64,000 bases of DNA, from NCBI GenBank assembly GCA_043228905.1, contig JBHGNT010000007.1, positions 4,402,001-4,466,000 of the forward strand, read 5' to 3'. Within the stretch, counting starts at the first letter, position 1. Each line of letters opens with the position of its first letter. Below the pieces are notes generated by a model. It saw only the letters and a list, made by a program, of their open reading frames with translations, did no database searches and was not told the origin of the DNA. This document shows, piece after piece, positions 1 through 12,200 of the stretch. The translations under genes and the position numbers were made by a program. The DNA comes from Azolla caroliniana. Taxonomy: Eukaryota > Plantae > Polypodiophyta.

Positions 1-79
1 CTCCTCCTGCATCTATCGCCTCCGCCTCCATAGCTTTCATCTGCCGAGGAGGAGAAGGCACCAAAGGACACCACCGGCC

Positions 80-1327
80 ATGGGCATGGATTTCCAAGGC
101 GTTCTCAAAGTGCGGGTGATCAAAGGCGTGGATCTTGCCGTTCGAGATCTCTTCACCAGCGATCCCTATGTCAAGCTCCACGTCGGTGAACATGTAAATT
201 CTCGCGTCTCCTTCTTCTTTCGTCCGTCCTACTAAGAATCTATGGTTTTGGATCTCTTGAGAGGTTTTGTCTAGCTAACTATTTGATCCGTCTAAATATA
301 GTGTCCTGTTTGAAATATGAAAGAGATCAGCTTAAAAAGAATTGTTTTGATTCGCTCCACTGTTTGTTTGCTTGCTTGGATGAATTGGCATACAAAATCT
401 TGCCTGATTGGTGGTTTTGAATTGATTGCTTCGAACTTTGTTTCGATCAATGAATTAATTGTGATTTTCTTGAAACTTCTCAAGACATATGGTTTCTATC
501 TTCATATGTGGATTTACAGTCTTCATACGCACCAAAAAGTAAATCTCATCTTGGATCTCCGCTCTCGATTAAGGAACAATGAAAAACTCTGTGAATGGGG
601 GGGCATAATGTTGATTGAGGATGTGTTGATGGTATGTTGGTGGTATTGTCTTCTTTATCTTGTGTCTTATTGTATGTAGGAAGTGAAGACGCGAGTGATA
701 AAAAATGATCTGAATCCAAATTGGAATGAAGAGCTCACTCTAGCTGTTCCAGATCCTCCAGTGCCTCTAAAGCTTGTAAGTGGCATTTTTTTTTATATGT
801 ACAAAATTTATATTATTCAGTCAACTCTCTCGCTTGTTTTGTCTCAAAGGTGTTTAATAGGATCATTTTTTTATGTCCACAATTCTTCAGTGGCTTGATT
901 ATTACAATGTATGTACCACTTGAACTTAAACATAGGTTTCAACTCCTTGTTTCTTACTTATAACGTGGGTATTACTCAATATGTCTTGATTTCTCCATCC
1001 TTTGTAGTTTGGAATCTTACTTCATGGATTTCTCTACACTTGCAGTTTGTATTTGACAAGGATATGTTCACAGCCGATGATAACATGGGAGATGGTATAG
1101 TAGATCTCCGTCCGTTGATAGCTGCTGTGAAGCTAAAGAAAGACTTGCAAGGGTCGCATGAAGGAATGAACATTCGCAAGATCGTTGCAACAAAGGAAAA
1201 TGGTTTTGTGAAAGATAGTGTGATTAAGGTAAAAAATGGCCATGTTGTGCAAGAAGTATGTCTCAAACTAAAGAATGTGGAGAGGGGTCAAGTAGAGCTA
1301 GAGTTGAAATGGCAACCTCGTCTTTGA
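80..1327 (+). CDS. CAR: C2-domain ABA-related (CAR-type) small C2/CaLB lipid-binding protein, ~163 aa, 3 exons
   Basis: Exons 80-193, 680-775 and 1046-1327 with GT-AG introns join in frame: MGMDFQGVLKVRVIKGVDLAVRDLFTSDPYVKLHVGEH|EVKTRVIKNDLNPNWNEELTL...|FVFDKDMFTADDNMGDG...VVQEVCLKLKNVERGQVELELKW. The SDPYV, LNPxWNEEL, VFDKDxFTADDxMG motifs and the C-terminal LxLKNVExGEVELEL are typical of plant CAR proteins. Confidence 0.92.
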
Positions 1328-2274
1328 GATATGTGTTTTGATTGTTATCAAGCTTTATCAAAGAACAAATCGTCAATGAAAATATGCTCTGATGGAAAAC
1401 AACTTCAGGTGTCGAAATCAAAAACAGAAAAAGCAGTGTGAATTAAGGGCCTGTTTATGTTATGGCCATCGTTCATCAATCTCATCTCTTGAGCATGTGG
1501 GGTAGGGTGACTTTGGAGTTATGTGTTAAATCATAAACTATAATATAGTTGGCAATCCATTAGTTCTAATGGTTGAAGTATTTTGTTTGGATGATTGAAA
1601 GCTTTGACATTCAAAATGTTGAAGCTTAAAGATTGTATAGACTTTGTAAGCATGGCTAATCTAAATCATATAAGATATTTTGCCATCAGATTTATTCTGA
1701 TATTGTATCTATTCTGATGGACTAAGTATCTTCTGTCTAAGTGATCAACGCTTTATTACATGCTCATATTTTAGCAATGTTGCAAATGTTGAAGGTTGAG
1801 GAATTTGAAGCCTTTATTCTATCCATTCTAATAAATGATATACAAGTATAAACTTCTTCATGAAATGCTTAGACTTTAGTTCAACCCACTTCAATGTTTT
1901 TTGGGGGGTTAAACATGATCTGATCCTTGGATATGCAGTGTTGAAACTTGAAAGAAGGCATTTGAATGGGTGAAGCTAAAGTGGAGGTAATACTAGATAT
2001 GCTGCCTCCTAAAAATGAAGAATATTTTCGAAATGTTAAGGGTCAAAACTTGTATGTAATCATTGAGTGCCAAAGTATCTTGTTAGTTAGGTGTTCATAT
2101 TTAGGATTTGTCCTGATTCAGTGTAATAAATAAATAATTACACACATACCTTTGTTGCCCCTTCACATATACAACTTGTTTCATGCACATAAGCACATCG
2201 ATAATACTTGCACATTTACACATACATAGAAACATACGGTTAATGCACATTTGCATGTGCACTCACACTCAATT

Positions 2275-2697
2275 ATATCCACAAGAGCCCACATATACAA
2301 CTTCACATTCCTGTTTATAACAAAGGGACATAGACATTTGCACACATTCACAACCATTGCACCACTTCAATTTCATGTAGGTATATGATTGCTCTCATAG
2401 AACTTATGTATCCACAAGAGCCCACATATACAACTTCACATTCCTGTTTATAACAAAGGGACATAGACATTTGCACACATTCACAATCATTGCACCACTT
2501 CAATTTCATGTAGGTATATGATTGCTGTCATAGAACTTATGTACAGTTACATTATCTAGAACACTCAATCATCAAAGGGACATAGACATTTGCACACATT
2601 CACAACCATTGCACCAATTCAATTTGATGTAGGTGTATGATTGCTCTCATAGAACTTATGTACAGTTACATTATCTAGCACACTCAATCATCAAAGA
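2275..2697. repeat. ~133-bp tandem duplication plus a third partial copy
   Basis: The unit ATCCACAAGAGCCCACATATACAAC...CATAGAACTTATGT occurs at ~2277 and ~2410. CAAAGGGACATAGACATTTGCACAC...ACTCAATCATCAAAG recurs at ~2573-2697. Confidence 0.9.
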
Positions 2698-3349
2698 CAA
2701 ACACATTATCCCCCACAGAGAGTGCATGTTTATAAGTGATCCAACTCAAATCAAAACAAGAAGCATGCTTATAAGTGATCTAACTCAAATCAAGACAAAA
2801 AGTGTGATTTAACGAAGCATGAAGGAGCGTTGATGCATCTATTCACTCTTGTAACCCTATATGTTATATTCACAAAGCCATCTTCCTTGGTTTAGGTCCT
2901 CAATAGTCTCATTCTACATTTCACACGCACATGGGAATTCTTGCAACAACACCCTTAAAATCATTGAACACCAAAGTTTTATGGAATTATGAAAATCTAA
3001 ATCATCTTGTTGTAGCAAGACATCCTTGTTTAATCTTTCGAAACATTGATGGCCAAAGTGTGACGATAAGTATGAAGTTTCAATGTGTATTGTGTTTAGT
3101 TTACATATTCTTATTTAGCATATACATCTTTATAGTAAGCAAGTTGTTGAAGGAGCAAATCTTTTATGGAACCTAGTATGTGTCATGATGAAATGATCCC
3201 GACAACATGTTAACAACTACTGTCTTTCTAAAATGTTAAAGGTTGGAGCTTGTTGATTTAAATTTATACGCGATGGTATATTATACATATAGATATATTG
3301 AAATTTAGGAGTTCGATAAAGCCACAGGGGTTGTCTATAGTCTCTTTCA

Positions 3350-3700
3350 TACACGTACTATCATGTTCTTATTAGCAAGCACATTGTTTTCAACCTTAGA
3401 AAGTAGATTTGTAAAGCCACTTGGTTGGGAGAAATTGGTTACTGTGCACGATCTCAAACTTAAAAAACATAAAGATTCTTTGTTTTGGCGAGTGCACATG
3501 TAAAGCCTTTTTAAGAGAAAACAATTTATGTGTATGACCCAAATTGAAAACATGATGTGGTTTTTCATACGACATGCAACATGAACTCATTGATTAAGTC
3601 ACCACCCATGATATTAGGTTGCAAAGCCCAAGGTATACAACTAAACTATGATGTGTTCGTACATTTATTTATTTTTAAATTTGGCTATTCGTTCATGAAT
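3350..3700 (-). mobile_element. Eroded DNA-transposase fragment, Sola-like/DUF7869-type (inferred)
   Basis: The minus strand reads LQPNIMGGDLINEFML and then, after a frameshift, VFNLGHTHKLFS. This resembles the LQLDNCxGxNKN...GHTH(E)DIDQxFS motif pair of this transposase class. Stops and frameshifts are present. Confidence 0.4.
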
Positions 3701-4404
3701 ATTGCGATTGTTGCAATGTCCCATGGTGTGCCTAGACACTAGTAAGTTGTGATCATAACGTGTATCATTGTTCCACATATGACACATTATGTAAGTATAT
3801 GCGTGCAATGTATGTTAGTGGGTTTAAAGAAAGGAAAAAATAATCCCTTCCAATATGGCCAATTGATTTGGTCTTTATGGGCTTGAGCCTATGTGGCGCA
3901 TATTGCTTATATGTTCGAGGTACTCCAATCAACCATAAATATGGATGTTTATCTAAGTATATAGATCTATGTATTAATATGGTTTGTTACATTACATGTA
4001 GAACAAATACATTGTCTAGGGTAAATCTCCAAAATACCTCTCCAAAACTTGAAATCTTGAAAGTGCTTACTCATTTTTGAAGTATCAAATGTACCCATTG
4101 GGCGAACAAAGTTGTTTTTTTTTAAAATGGGGGGGGGGGGGGGGATGTAATACAATACCCTATTAACACTATTGCACTATCGAACCATGTTTCGGTAATG
4201 CATATCAAGGTTTTCGAGCAGGGTGTGATATATTGTTCGATCTTAGAATGCGGAGGCCATAATCAATGGATTTTATGTTGAGCAACTTAACTTATCTGAT
4301 GATCATTCAACTCATGATTTTTACAGTAACGAATGTACTGTGACCACCGACGGGGTGAACGAGTCAATTGTCCAAGGTGAAAAGCTGGAGAACTAAGTCT
4401 CAGT

Positions 4405-4426
4405 CACACACACACACACACACACA

Positions 4427-4465
<39 letters not shown>
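4405..4465. repeat. (CA)n(CT)n compound microsatellite
   Basis: Direct reading of the sequence. Confidence 0.95.
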
Positions 4466-4467
<2 letters not shown>

Positions 4468-4519
4468 GTCCCATAGATCGCAATCGGTCTCTCCCTTGAA
4501 CGTTTAAAAAGATCGAAAC

Positions 4520-5312
4520 CTTAGTGGTATGTTGTTGCATAAATAGTACTAGGTCTTGGGTTTGAAACCTAGTTTTCTCACCTCTCTATTACTCTAGGGA
4601 TATCTCTTAATTTACTAGATGCCATTGTGGAATGTAAGGGTTAAACCAACAACCTTTTGGTCTCCATTAGGCAACCTTATCAATTGAGCTACATCTATCT
4701 AAGCTCTCTCTCAATCTATCTATCTATCTATCTATATCTATATCTATATCTATATCTATTTCATAATTAGCTTAATCTAGTGATAAATTGTTACACAACA
4801 TGCATTGTATCTCTCTCTTTTTATTGTAATTAGCTTACCCTAGTGTAACCTAGTGTAACTTGTTACACTACAAGCACTACGTACCCTAATTTTCTCACCT
4901 CATATTTGACCTCCGAAGATGATAATATAATCTATCTATTTATCTCTCTATCGTAATTAGCTTGCCCTAGTGGCAAATTGCTGCACCACAAGCACCGTGT
5001 CTCTCTTTTTTAATTGTAATTAGCTTACCCTAGTGGTAGCTTATTACACTACAAGCACTATGTACCCTAATTTTGTCTCCTCTCTATTACTTCATACATA
5101 TCTCTTAATTCATTAGATGCTACTATGGATCGTAGGGGGTTGAAACCCACGACCTTTCGCCCTCCATTGCACAACCTTACTCTACAAGCATTGTCTCTCT
5201 CTCTTTTTATCATAATTACCTTACCCTAGTGGTAAATTGTTAAACTTTTATCATAATTAGCTTACCATAGTGGTAAGTTGTTACCTTACTTTTATCCATC
5301 TAGGCTCTCTCT
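4520..5312. mobile_element. Cluster of a tRNA-derived dispersed repeat (SINE/MITE-like) with tandemly reiterated left head
   Basis: TAATTAGCTTACCCTAGTGGTAA.TTGTTACACTACAAGCACT is repeated about 6 times at 4760-5290. Minus-strand tRNA-like heads lie at 4635-4700 (GTAGCTCAATTGATAAGG...GGTTTAACCCC) and 5130-5180 (GGTCGTGGGTTTCAACCCCC). Related copies occur at 18240-18340 and 29095-29195. Confidence 0.6.
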
Positions 5313-5488
5313 GGATGTCAACTTCCGAATTTTGCTTTAACTCGAGGTTCTTATTGATATTGTTTTTTCATAATGCAATAGTAGGAGGGGTATGTTTCTC
5401 GATACTTCCAACAAAATAGTGAATTTATTGTTAGCTTTTTATTGGACTACATTCTTGCTACTTGTAAGGGTATGAGAGACACATTGAA

Positions 5489-5550
<62 letters not shown>

Positions 5551-5586
5551 GGATATTTTGAAGAGATTTGGACAGTTTCAATGCTT

Positions 5587-5940
5587 GTTGAATAATCTTA
5601 TTTGACTCTCCAAGATTGGATGGGCAAGTTGATAGGAAGTAATAGCCAATGCCACAAAAAATAAATATTAGCAACTGAATTCATAAGTCTTTTTTTTACG
5701 TGAAAACCCCAATTAGGGAAAAACCACGAGACCCTTAGGGTACCAGAACTTGCATTATAACTCAGTTTACAAGTGGGTACAACCTCCCTAGATATCACTA
5801 GAGGAATAAACAAGCATCAAGTTGGCAACAATCTTCATCTAACAAGATGGCACAATAAGAAGAAGAAGAAGAAAAAGAAAAAGGCATTTGATGGCTCATA
5901 GATTTGCACTATTATGAGATATATGTCAACAAGATTAACC
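5587..5940 (-). mobile_element. Possible LTR remnant (copia-like)
   Basis: The minus strand has GTGGTTTTTCCCTAATTGGGGTTTTCACGTAAAA, a motif common near the 3' end of plant copia-type LTRs, and ends ...ATTCAACA at 5587. No partner LTR was seen. Confidence 0.3.
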
Positions 5941-5949
5941 GTGGATATC

Positions 5950-7050
5950 TATGATGCAATATTTTATTGAGCATGAAGGATTGGTGCACGGGAAAACAAA
6001 GATTCAAGCATCCTAGTGGTCATTACTCAAAGGAAGTATTCCTCTAAAGATTCAAAATTTTGTATGTGGACAACATTTGGTAAGATCGTGGCAAGATGCA
6101 TTATCTCTTTTTGAATAGGGACCATCAAGTGATCGAGAATATTGTAATTCATTACAAAATGAATTGCTTGTTTCTTTTCGAGTGTTGTTTTGGCATGGGA
6201 AAGAGAAGTTGAGATCTCAATTCAATCGTTTATTTCGATTGGGGATTGTACATTTGGAAGATGTGGTTGATAATGGATCTCAAAGGTTGTCGGATTTTGA
6301 AGATGCCAAGCGATGGTTATGTATTCCCCCAAATTATGGATTTATTTGGGAGAAATTACAAGATATACCATTGTTGTAAGGATCTTTGCCAGTGAAAACA
6401 AAGTTTGCAGCTTGGGTGGATTGGCAGTTACAAGATAGTACACGCTTGTTACAGGTCACTACAAATATATTGTATCATCATGCGATGGCATCATTATCTT
6501 GATCTCCTAAAGCAACGAAGTTGTGGAATGTATGTAAGTCAGATGCAGGGTGGTGGAAAATATTACAACGTGGTGGGCATTCCCATCTACCATTTCGTGC
6601 AAAGGTATTCATATGAAGAGTCATGATTGGTGGTCTCCCATTAGGTTCGGCCTTAAAGAGACAAGGACTAGGGTCCGACACTTTTTTCTTTTGAATTGTT
6701 CCATTGGAGGATAGTACACATAGGTTCATTAAATGTTTTATAGCGTGTACCATTTGGAAGTACTTATCGGACATTTGGCAAGTTTTAACCCGTTGTTGTT
6801 TGAGACCTCAGCAATGGGGTTTTTTCTCAATATGTTCAAAATGGTTCAAATGATGAGATGGAGATATTATTCCAACTTTTACGTTATTGGGGTCTACAAC
6901 ACAATTGGAATATGCATAATGCTTTCATGTTTGACAATAGACATGGGGTGAAAGCCTATATGAAGAAGCTGAAAGGTATTCTCATGTGGAAATTTTGGAT
7001 GTTAGAGCATGTGGGGATCATTTCCTCAAATGCATATTCAGTTTTTTAAT
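5950..7050 (+). mobile_element. Degenerate 3' fragment of a LINE (non-LTR retrotransposon), zf-RVT region
   Basis: A frameshifted reading gives LPFRAKVFIWRVMIGGLPLGSALKRQG...PLEDSTHRFIKCFIACTIWKYL, matching the K.K.F.WR...LP......C..C...E...H.F..C.....W zinc-finger region of L1-type ORF2. Multiple stops are present. Confidence 0.7.
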
Positions 7051-7151
7051 AGCATTACAGAGCGTCCCTCTCCCTACAACATAGGCATATGATAAGTAGA
7101 GGAGACTACAAGTGTCGTAACTAAGTAAATTTTACATACAATTAATATAAT

Positions 7152-8952
7152 TAGCGATGGGCGCGGTTTAGTTCGGTTTCAAGGCAAAGAAACCAAAGCA
7201 AACCAAAACCAAATCGTTTATTTAAAACAAAAACCAAACCAAACCATTTATGAACTCTCAATATTCAAACCAAACCATTTAAAACCAAACCGTTTAGGGA
7301 AAAGTTAAAACCAAACCAAACTGTTTAATAAAAAATTTAAACCTAATCACTTAAATCAAATTAATTAAATAAAAATACATTAAATTAAATAAGCATTTAA
7401 GTTAAATTTATTAAATCAATAAAAGAAACTTTAATTGAACCATTAAATAAAACAAACATTTAAGTTTAAATAAATAAATAAATAACCATTAATTAAACCA
7501 TTAAATCAATAAATTATTGAGGTAAAAAAAATTTAACCAAAAACCTATAAACTTTCAAACCAAAGCTATAAACTCGAGTTTTAGAACTGAACCGAACCGT
7601 AAGTTAAATTAATTAATTAAATAAATAACCATTAATTAAACCATTAAATCAATAAACTATTAAGGTAAAGAAAAGTTAACCAAAAACCTATAAACCCAAG
7701 TTTTAGAACCGAACTGAACTGTAAGTTAAATTAATTAAATAAATAAATAACCATTAATTAAACCATTAAATCAATAAACTATTAAGGTAAAGAAAAGTTA
7801 ACCAAAAACCTATAAACCCAAGTTTTAGAACCGAACTGAACTGTAAGTTAAATTAATTAAATAAATAAATAACCATTAATTAAACCATTAAATCAATAAA
7901 CTACTAAGGTAAAAAAAAAGTTAACCAAAAACCTATAAACCCGAGTTTTAGAACCGAACCGAAGCGTTTATCAAAAATCCAAACCAAACCAAACCATTAA
8001 AATTTTTTGGAACCAATAAACCATGGCTTAACGGTTCGAGCCAAAACCGTGCCCATTGCTAAATATAATTGTGTGCTTTTACCATTAATTAAACCATTAA
8101 ATCAATAAACTATTAAGGTAAAAAAAAGTTAACCAAAAACCTATAAACCCGAGTTTTAGAACCGAACTGAATTGTAAGTTTAATTAATTAATTAATTAAT
8201 TAACCATTAATTAAACCATTAAATCAATAAACTATTAAGGTAAAGAAAAGTTAACCAAAAACCTATAAACCCAAGTTTTAGAACCGAACCGAACTGTAAG
8301 TTAAATTAATTAATTAAATAAATAACCATTAATTAAACCATTAAATCAATAAACTACTAAGGTAAAAAAAAAGTTAACCAAAAACCTATAAACCCGAGTT
8401 TTAGAACCGAACCGAAGCGTTTATCAAAAATCCAAACCAAACCAAACCATTAAAATTTTTTGGAACCAATAAACCATGGCTTAACGGTTCGAGCCAAAAC
8501 CGTGCCCATTGCTAAATATAATTGTGTGCTTTTACCATTAATTAAACCATTAAATCAATAAACTATTAAGGTAAAAAAAAGTTAACCAAAAACCTATAAA
8601 CCCGAGTTTTAGAACCGAACTGAATTGTAAGTTTAATTAATTAATTAATTAAACCATTAAATCAATAAACTATTAAGGTAAAGAAAAGTTAACCAAAAAC
8701 CTATAAACCCAAGTTTTAGAACCGAACCGAACTGTAAGTTAAATTAATTGATTAAATAAATAACCATTAATTAAACCATTAAATCAATAAACTACTAAGG
8801 TAAAAAAAAAGTTAACCAAAAACCTATAAACCCGAGTTTTAGAACCGAACCGAAGTGTTTATCAAAAATCCAAACCAAACCAAACCATTAAAAATTTTTG
8901 GAACCAATAAACCATGGCTTAACGGTTCGAGCCAAAACCGTGCCCATTGCTA
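7152..8952. mobile_element. Non-autonomous hAT-type MITE with internal ~120-bp AT-rich tandem subrepeats and triplicated right end
   Basis: The left TIR TAGCGATGGGCGCGGTTT at 7152 is preceded by the 8-bp AATATAAT (7144-7151). The right TIR AAAACCGTGCCCATTGCTA ends at 8061, 8514 and 8952, each followed by AATATAAT. An 8-bp TSD, TAG..TGGGC termini and AAACC/GAACC subterminal repeats are hallmarks of plant hAT derivatives. Confidence 0.88.
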
Positions 8953-9255
8953 AATATAATTGTGTGCTTTTACCAAGGAGAGAGAGAGAGAGGGGGTTAG
9001 TTTTGTTATTTTAAGAAAAATATCTGGAAGGGTATTTCTTGTGATTTCACAAAACCACTCTGCTCTGATCCAGTAAACAGAGCAAAAGTCTCTGGATGTA
9101 TATGTGTATGTGTTTTTGTACATCCTTTTTCTTCCAATCATTTATAGAAACTGTTCTGCAATTCCATGGCAAATTTCTGTCAACGAATTTGATAGCTAAG
9201 ATCTGAATGTGAGATTTTTATCAATTGGATAAGTTTTTATGAAGAAGGTTTAGCT

Positions 9256-12200
9256 ATGGCTTCTTCAGAACCCCTTCTAACAGGAAATCATGATGATGAC
9301 GAACACGGCCTCAATTTCAACTTCAACCACAACAACAGCAACGAAACAGAGAAATTTTTACTCCCTCAGCTCTCGGTGAAGCTCAAACATGACATTGTCC
9401 TTGTCAAGAAGAAGACATCGATGACAAAGAGAACGCAAGAAAGCCCAGGTGGATGGGAAAAAACTTGGATTGTTAGATGGGGCCATTCGAAAGTTGTAGA
9501 TCCTTTCTTCATCATTCTTAGCAGGCGATACTCTCCTCATTTTGTTTTTTTCTTAAAGATTTAAGTCAATGAATATTTGATTTCAATGTTTTAATTTCTT
9601 CGATTTACTTTAAAACTGATTTCCATGCATATTAGCTCTTAATTTTATAGGAAACTTTTATAATGTATAGAGCTATTCAATGTTTAGTTCCACAGCTATT
9701 TTTCTCTTTAACTTTCTTCGACTTACAGGTGATATTAATGGTACTGATAGTAGAGTTTTTTTCAAGAAATAAGATATATTTCTTTACTTTCATTCCATGT
9801 TTTTTCTCTTCAATTTGATGAGATACTGGCAATGATAAAGAGTTTTCTCAATGGATAAGATTGTTTGTTTGCTTCCATGGCTACAGTACTTTCTCTTCAA
9901 TTTAAAGGACAAACTTGCTGATGATAGATTTTATTGACGGATAAGCTTACTTCCACAGTCATTTCCTCAATTTAAAGGCAAATTGGTTCCATGGTTTTTT
10001 TAAGGCAAATTTTGTGACGATAGAGTTTTTCAATGGAAAAACTTTAAATTGTTTTTAAATTCCATGAGTATTTTCTCTTCAATGTAATGGCAAATTGGTC
10101 ATGACAGAGTTTTCCAAAGGATAAGCTTTTATTTTAGTTCCGTGGCTATTTGTCTCTTCAACTTAATAAAAGTTGTTAATGATAGATTCTTCAATGTTTT
10201 TCTTTTACAGAGGCCTTGAACCAAAGCTTCTTTCATTCTCAATGGCATTAGGCATCACTTTTGGGTTGTTTCCCATATGGGGTAAGCCCATTTATCTTAT
10301 TTATCTTTATATTAGCTTTAAAGTATCATTATATTCTCTCATAAAAGAATGGTATTTCATTTCATTTTTTGAGAGAGTAGATGTGGAATATAGGGGCAAG
10401 ATTATTTTCATCCGTTTTGGTAGAGCTCCTGTGACCTTACATGCACTTATTTTCTTCTAATATGAATCTCACAACTAAATAAAGGATTGCATTCACTCTT
10501 AAAAGAGTAATATCCCATCAAAAATGTCGATCTTGGATTCATAGTCTATTGTTTAAAGATGATAGTGCTACTACAATTTTACAGTGTTCTTTTGAGATAT
10601 CTGTTTTGGGTATGCACTTCATCATATTTGGTACATTTCCTACAAAGGATTAATGAATGTAGCATTAATAAGCAAATGAAGAACCCTACTGAAATGGCAT
10701 GCTCAGTAGAATGCATCAACATAAACTAGCCAGATTGTTCAGAGGCAAATTTTGGACTCAATCTTTGCCTTCTAAGCATTTGGAATATTCTCGGATGATT
10801 CTCTCTCATCCAACAAGAAAGAGACTTACATTGGGGAACTTTTGTAGTTACTTTTTGGAGAAAAGTTCAGAACTTTCACACAATTCCAAATCGAACACTC
10901 CTTAGTGTTCTGGATTCCTCTTTCTGAGATCTTTCCATAATGACAGGCCATACAATCGGGTCCTGTACCATCTCCTGATGTGGAAGTATATTGATGGCAT
11001 GACATTTTATGAGGCCAAATTTGAGTCCAAAATGAGAATTTTTAACTATAGAAGTAATGATCCATTGGATATGTTTACTTTTGATTGACCTTTGATTCAA
11101 TGCTAAATATCGATGCCATTAATTCCTGTTCGCTTCAGCAGGGGTTATGCCATCGAGAAATTCATGGTAAAGAGTAGTAATAACCCACTAATGAAATTGA
11201 TCAATAACATAAACAATGAGATCAAGTGAAACAAGACGTAAATATTGATAGAGCATAGAGCTAGATTAATCAAAAGTGGCATATTGTGGTGAGGTGGGCC
11301 ATATGATGCAACATTATATAGGAATTACAGCCTAACATAAATATGGTTTACAAAGTTTCCTTTGGATTAATCTGTGACGGAATCTTAAAAGCTCTATCTT
11401 TGTGTTGTATCTTCATCTCATTATCATTTTTTATGCCAATGATCTCATGTATGCTAATACTGCATTCTTCTCTCATCATCTCCAGGAGCAGCACTTGTTT
11501 TCTGTCTGATTTCCGCGATGATATTACAGTCAAATTGTCACGTTCCGACACTTATGCTCGCAAATTTTGTGGTGGCACCGTGTGAGCTCGGGTGAGTGAT
11601 TTCTAGTGGATTTTTAAATGACGTGTCTATATGATTTATGATAGAATAGAGGCTACATTATGTCACTATTTAATGGATTTTTGAAATGCAATAAGTGTCT
11701 CGTGACATCTTGTGATAGAATAGAATCTAGGGTGTCTCATTATATTTGGACTTGAGGTAGCATTAAATGGTGTGTAAATGGATTTTGGATTCAAGCAGTG
11801 AGAGGATTTGATTCATGGTAAGATTGTTAGGTTTGATGATATGCTGTGATAGATTCAAATATACAGGTGTATTATCTCAATAAATTCGAACGAGGCTATG
11901 CCATTTCAATGGGTAATGTGCAAGGATAGTTCATGAATAGATTTTGAAAAAGAAACAATGTGCCATGATGCTTCGTGATTTGAAAAAATATAGTTGGAAG
12001 GCTATATATAGAGATATAGATTCATGGATATAGTGATGCCTCATAAATAGAAGTGAATCTAGGATTTGTCATAATTGTCTCATCACATAATTTCATCGAA
12101 GATATGGTGTTAAACTTTTTTCAATGGACTTGAGTTGAGCTAGGGTGTGTGGCATTCCTTGTTAAAGGATTTTAAAACATACGATCAGTGTGACAAAGCA

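Noticed and set aside
7430-8950. Regularly spaced repeats resembling a CRISPR array or satellite
   Set aside because: There are no unique spacers and the context is eukaryotic. The repeats are internal subrepeats of a TIR/TSD-bounded MITE.
10640-11300. ORFs inside DUF2062 intron 2 (10699-10905 +, 10876-11100 -)
   Set aside because: They are short, have no recognisable domain and no consistent splice structure.
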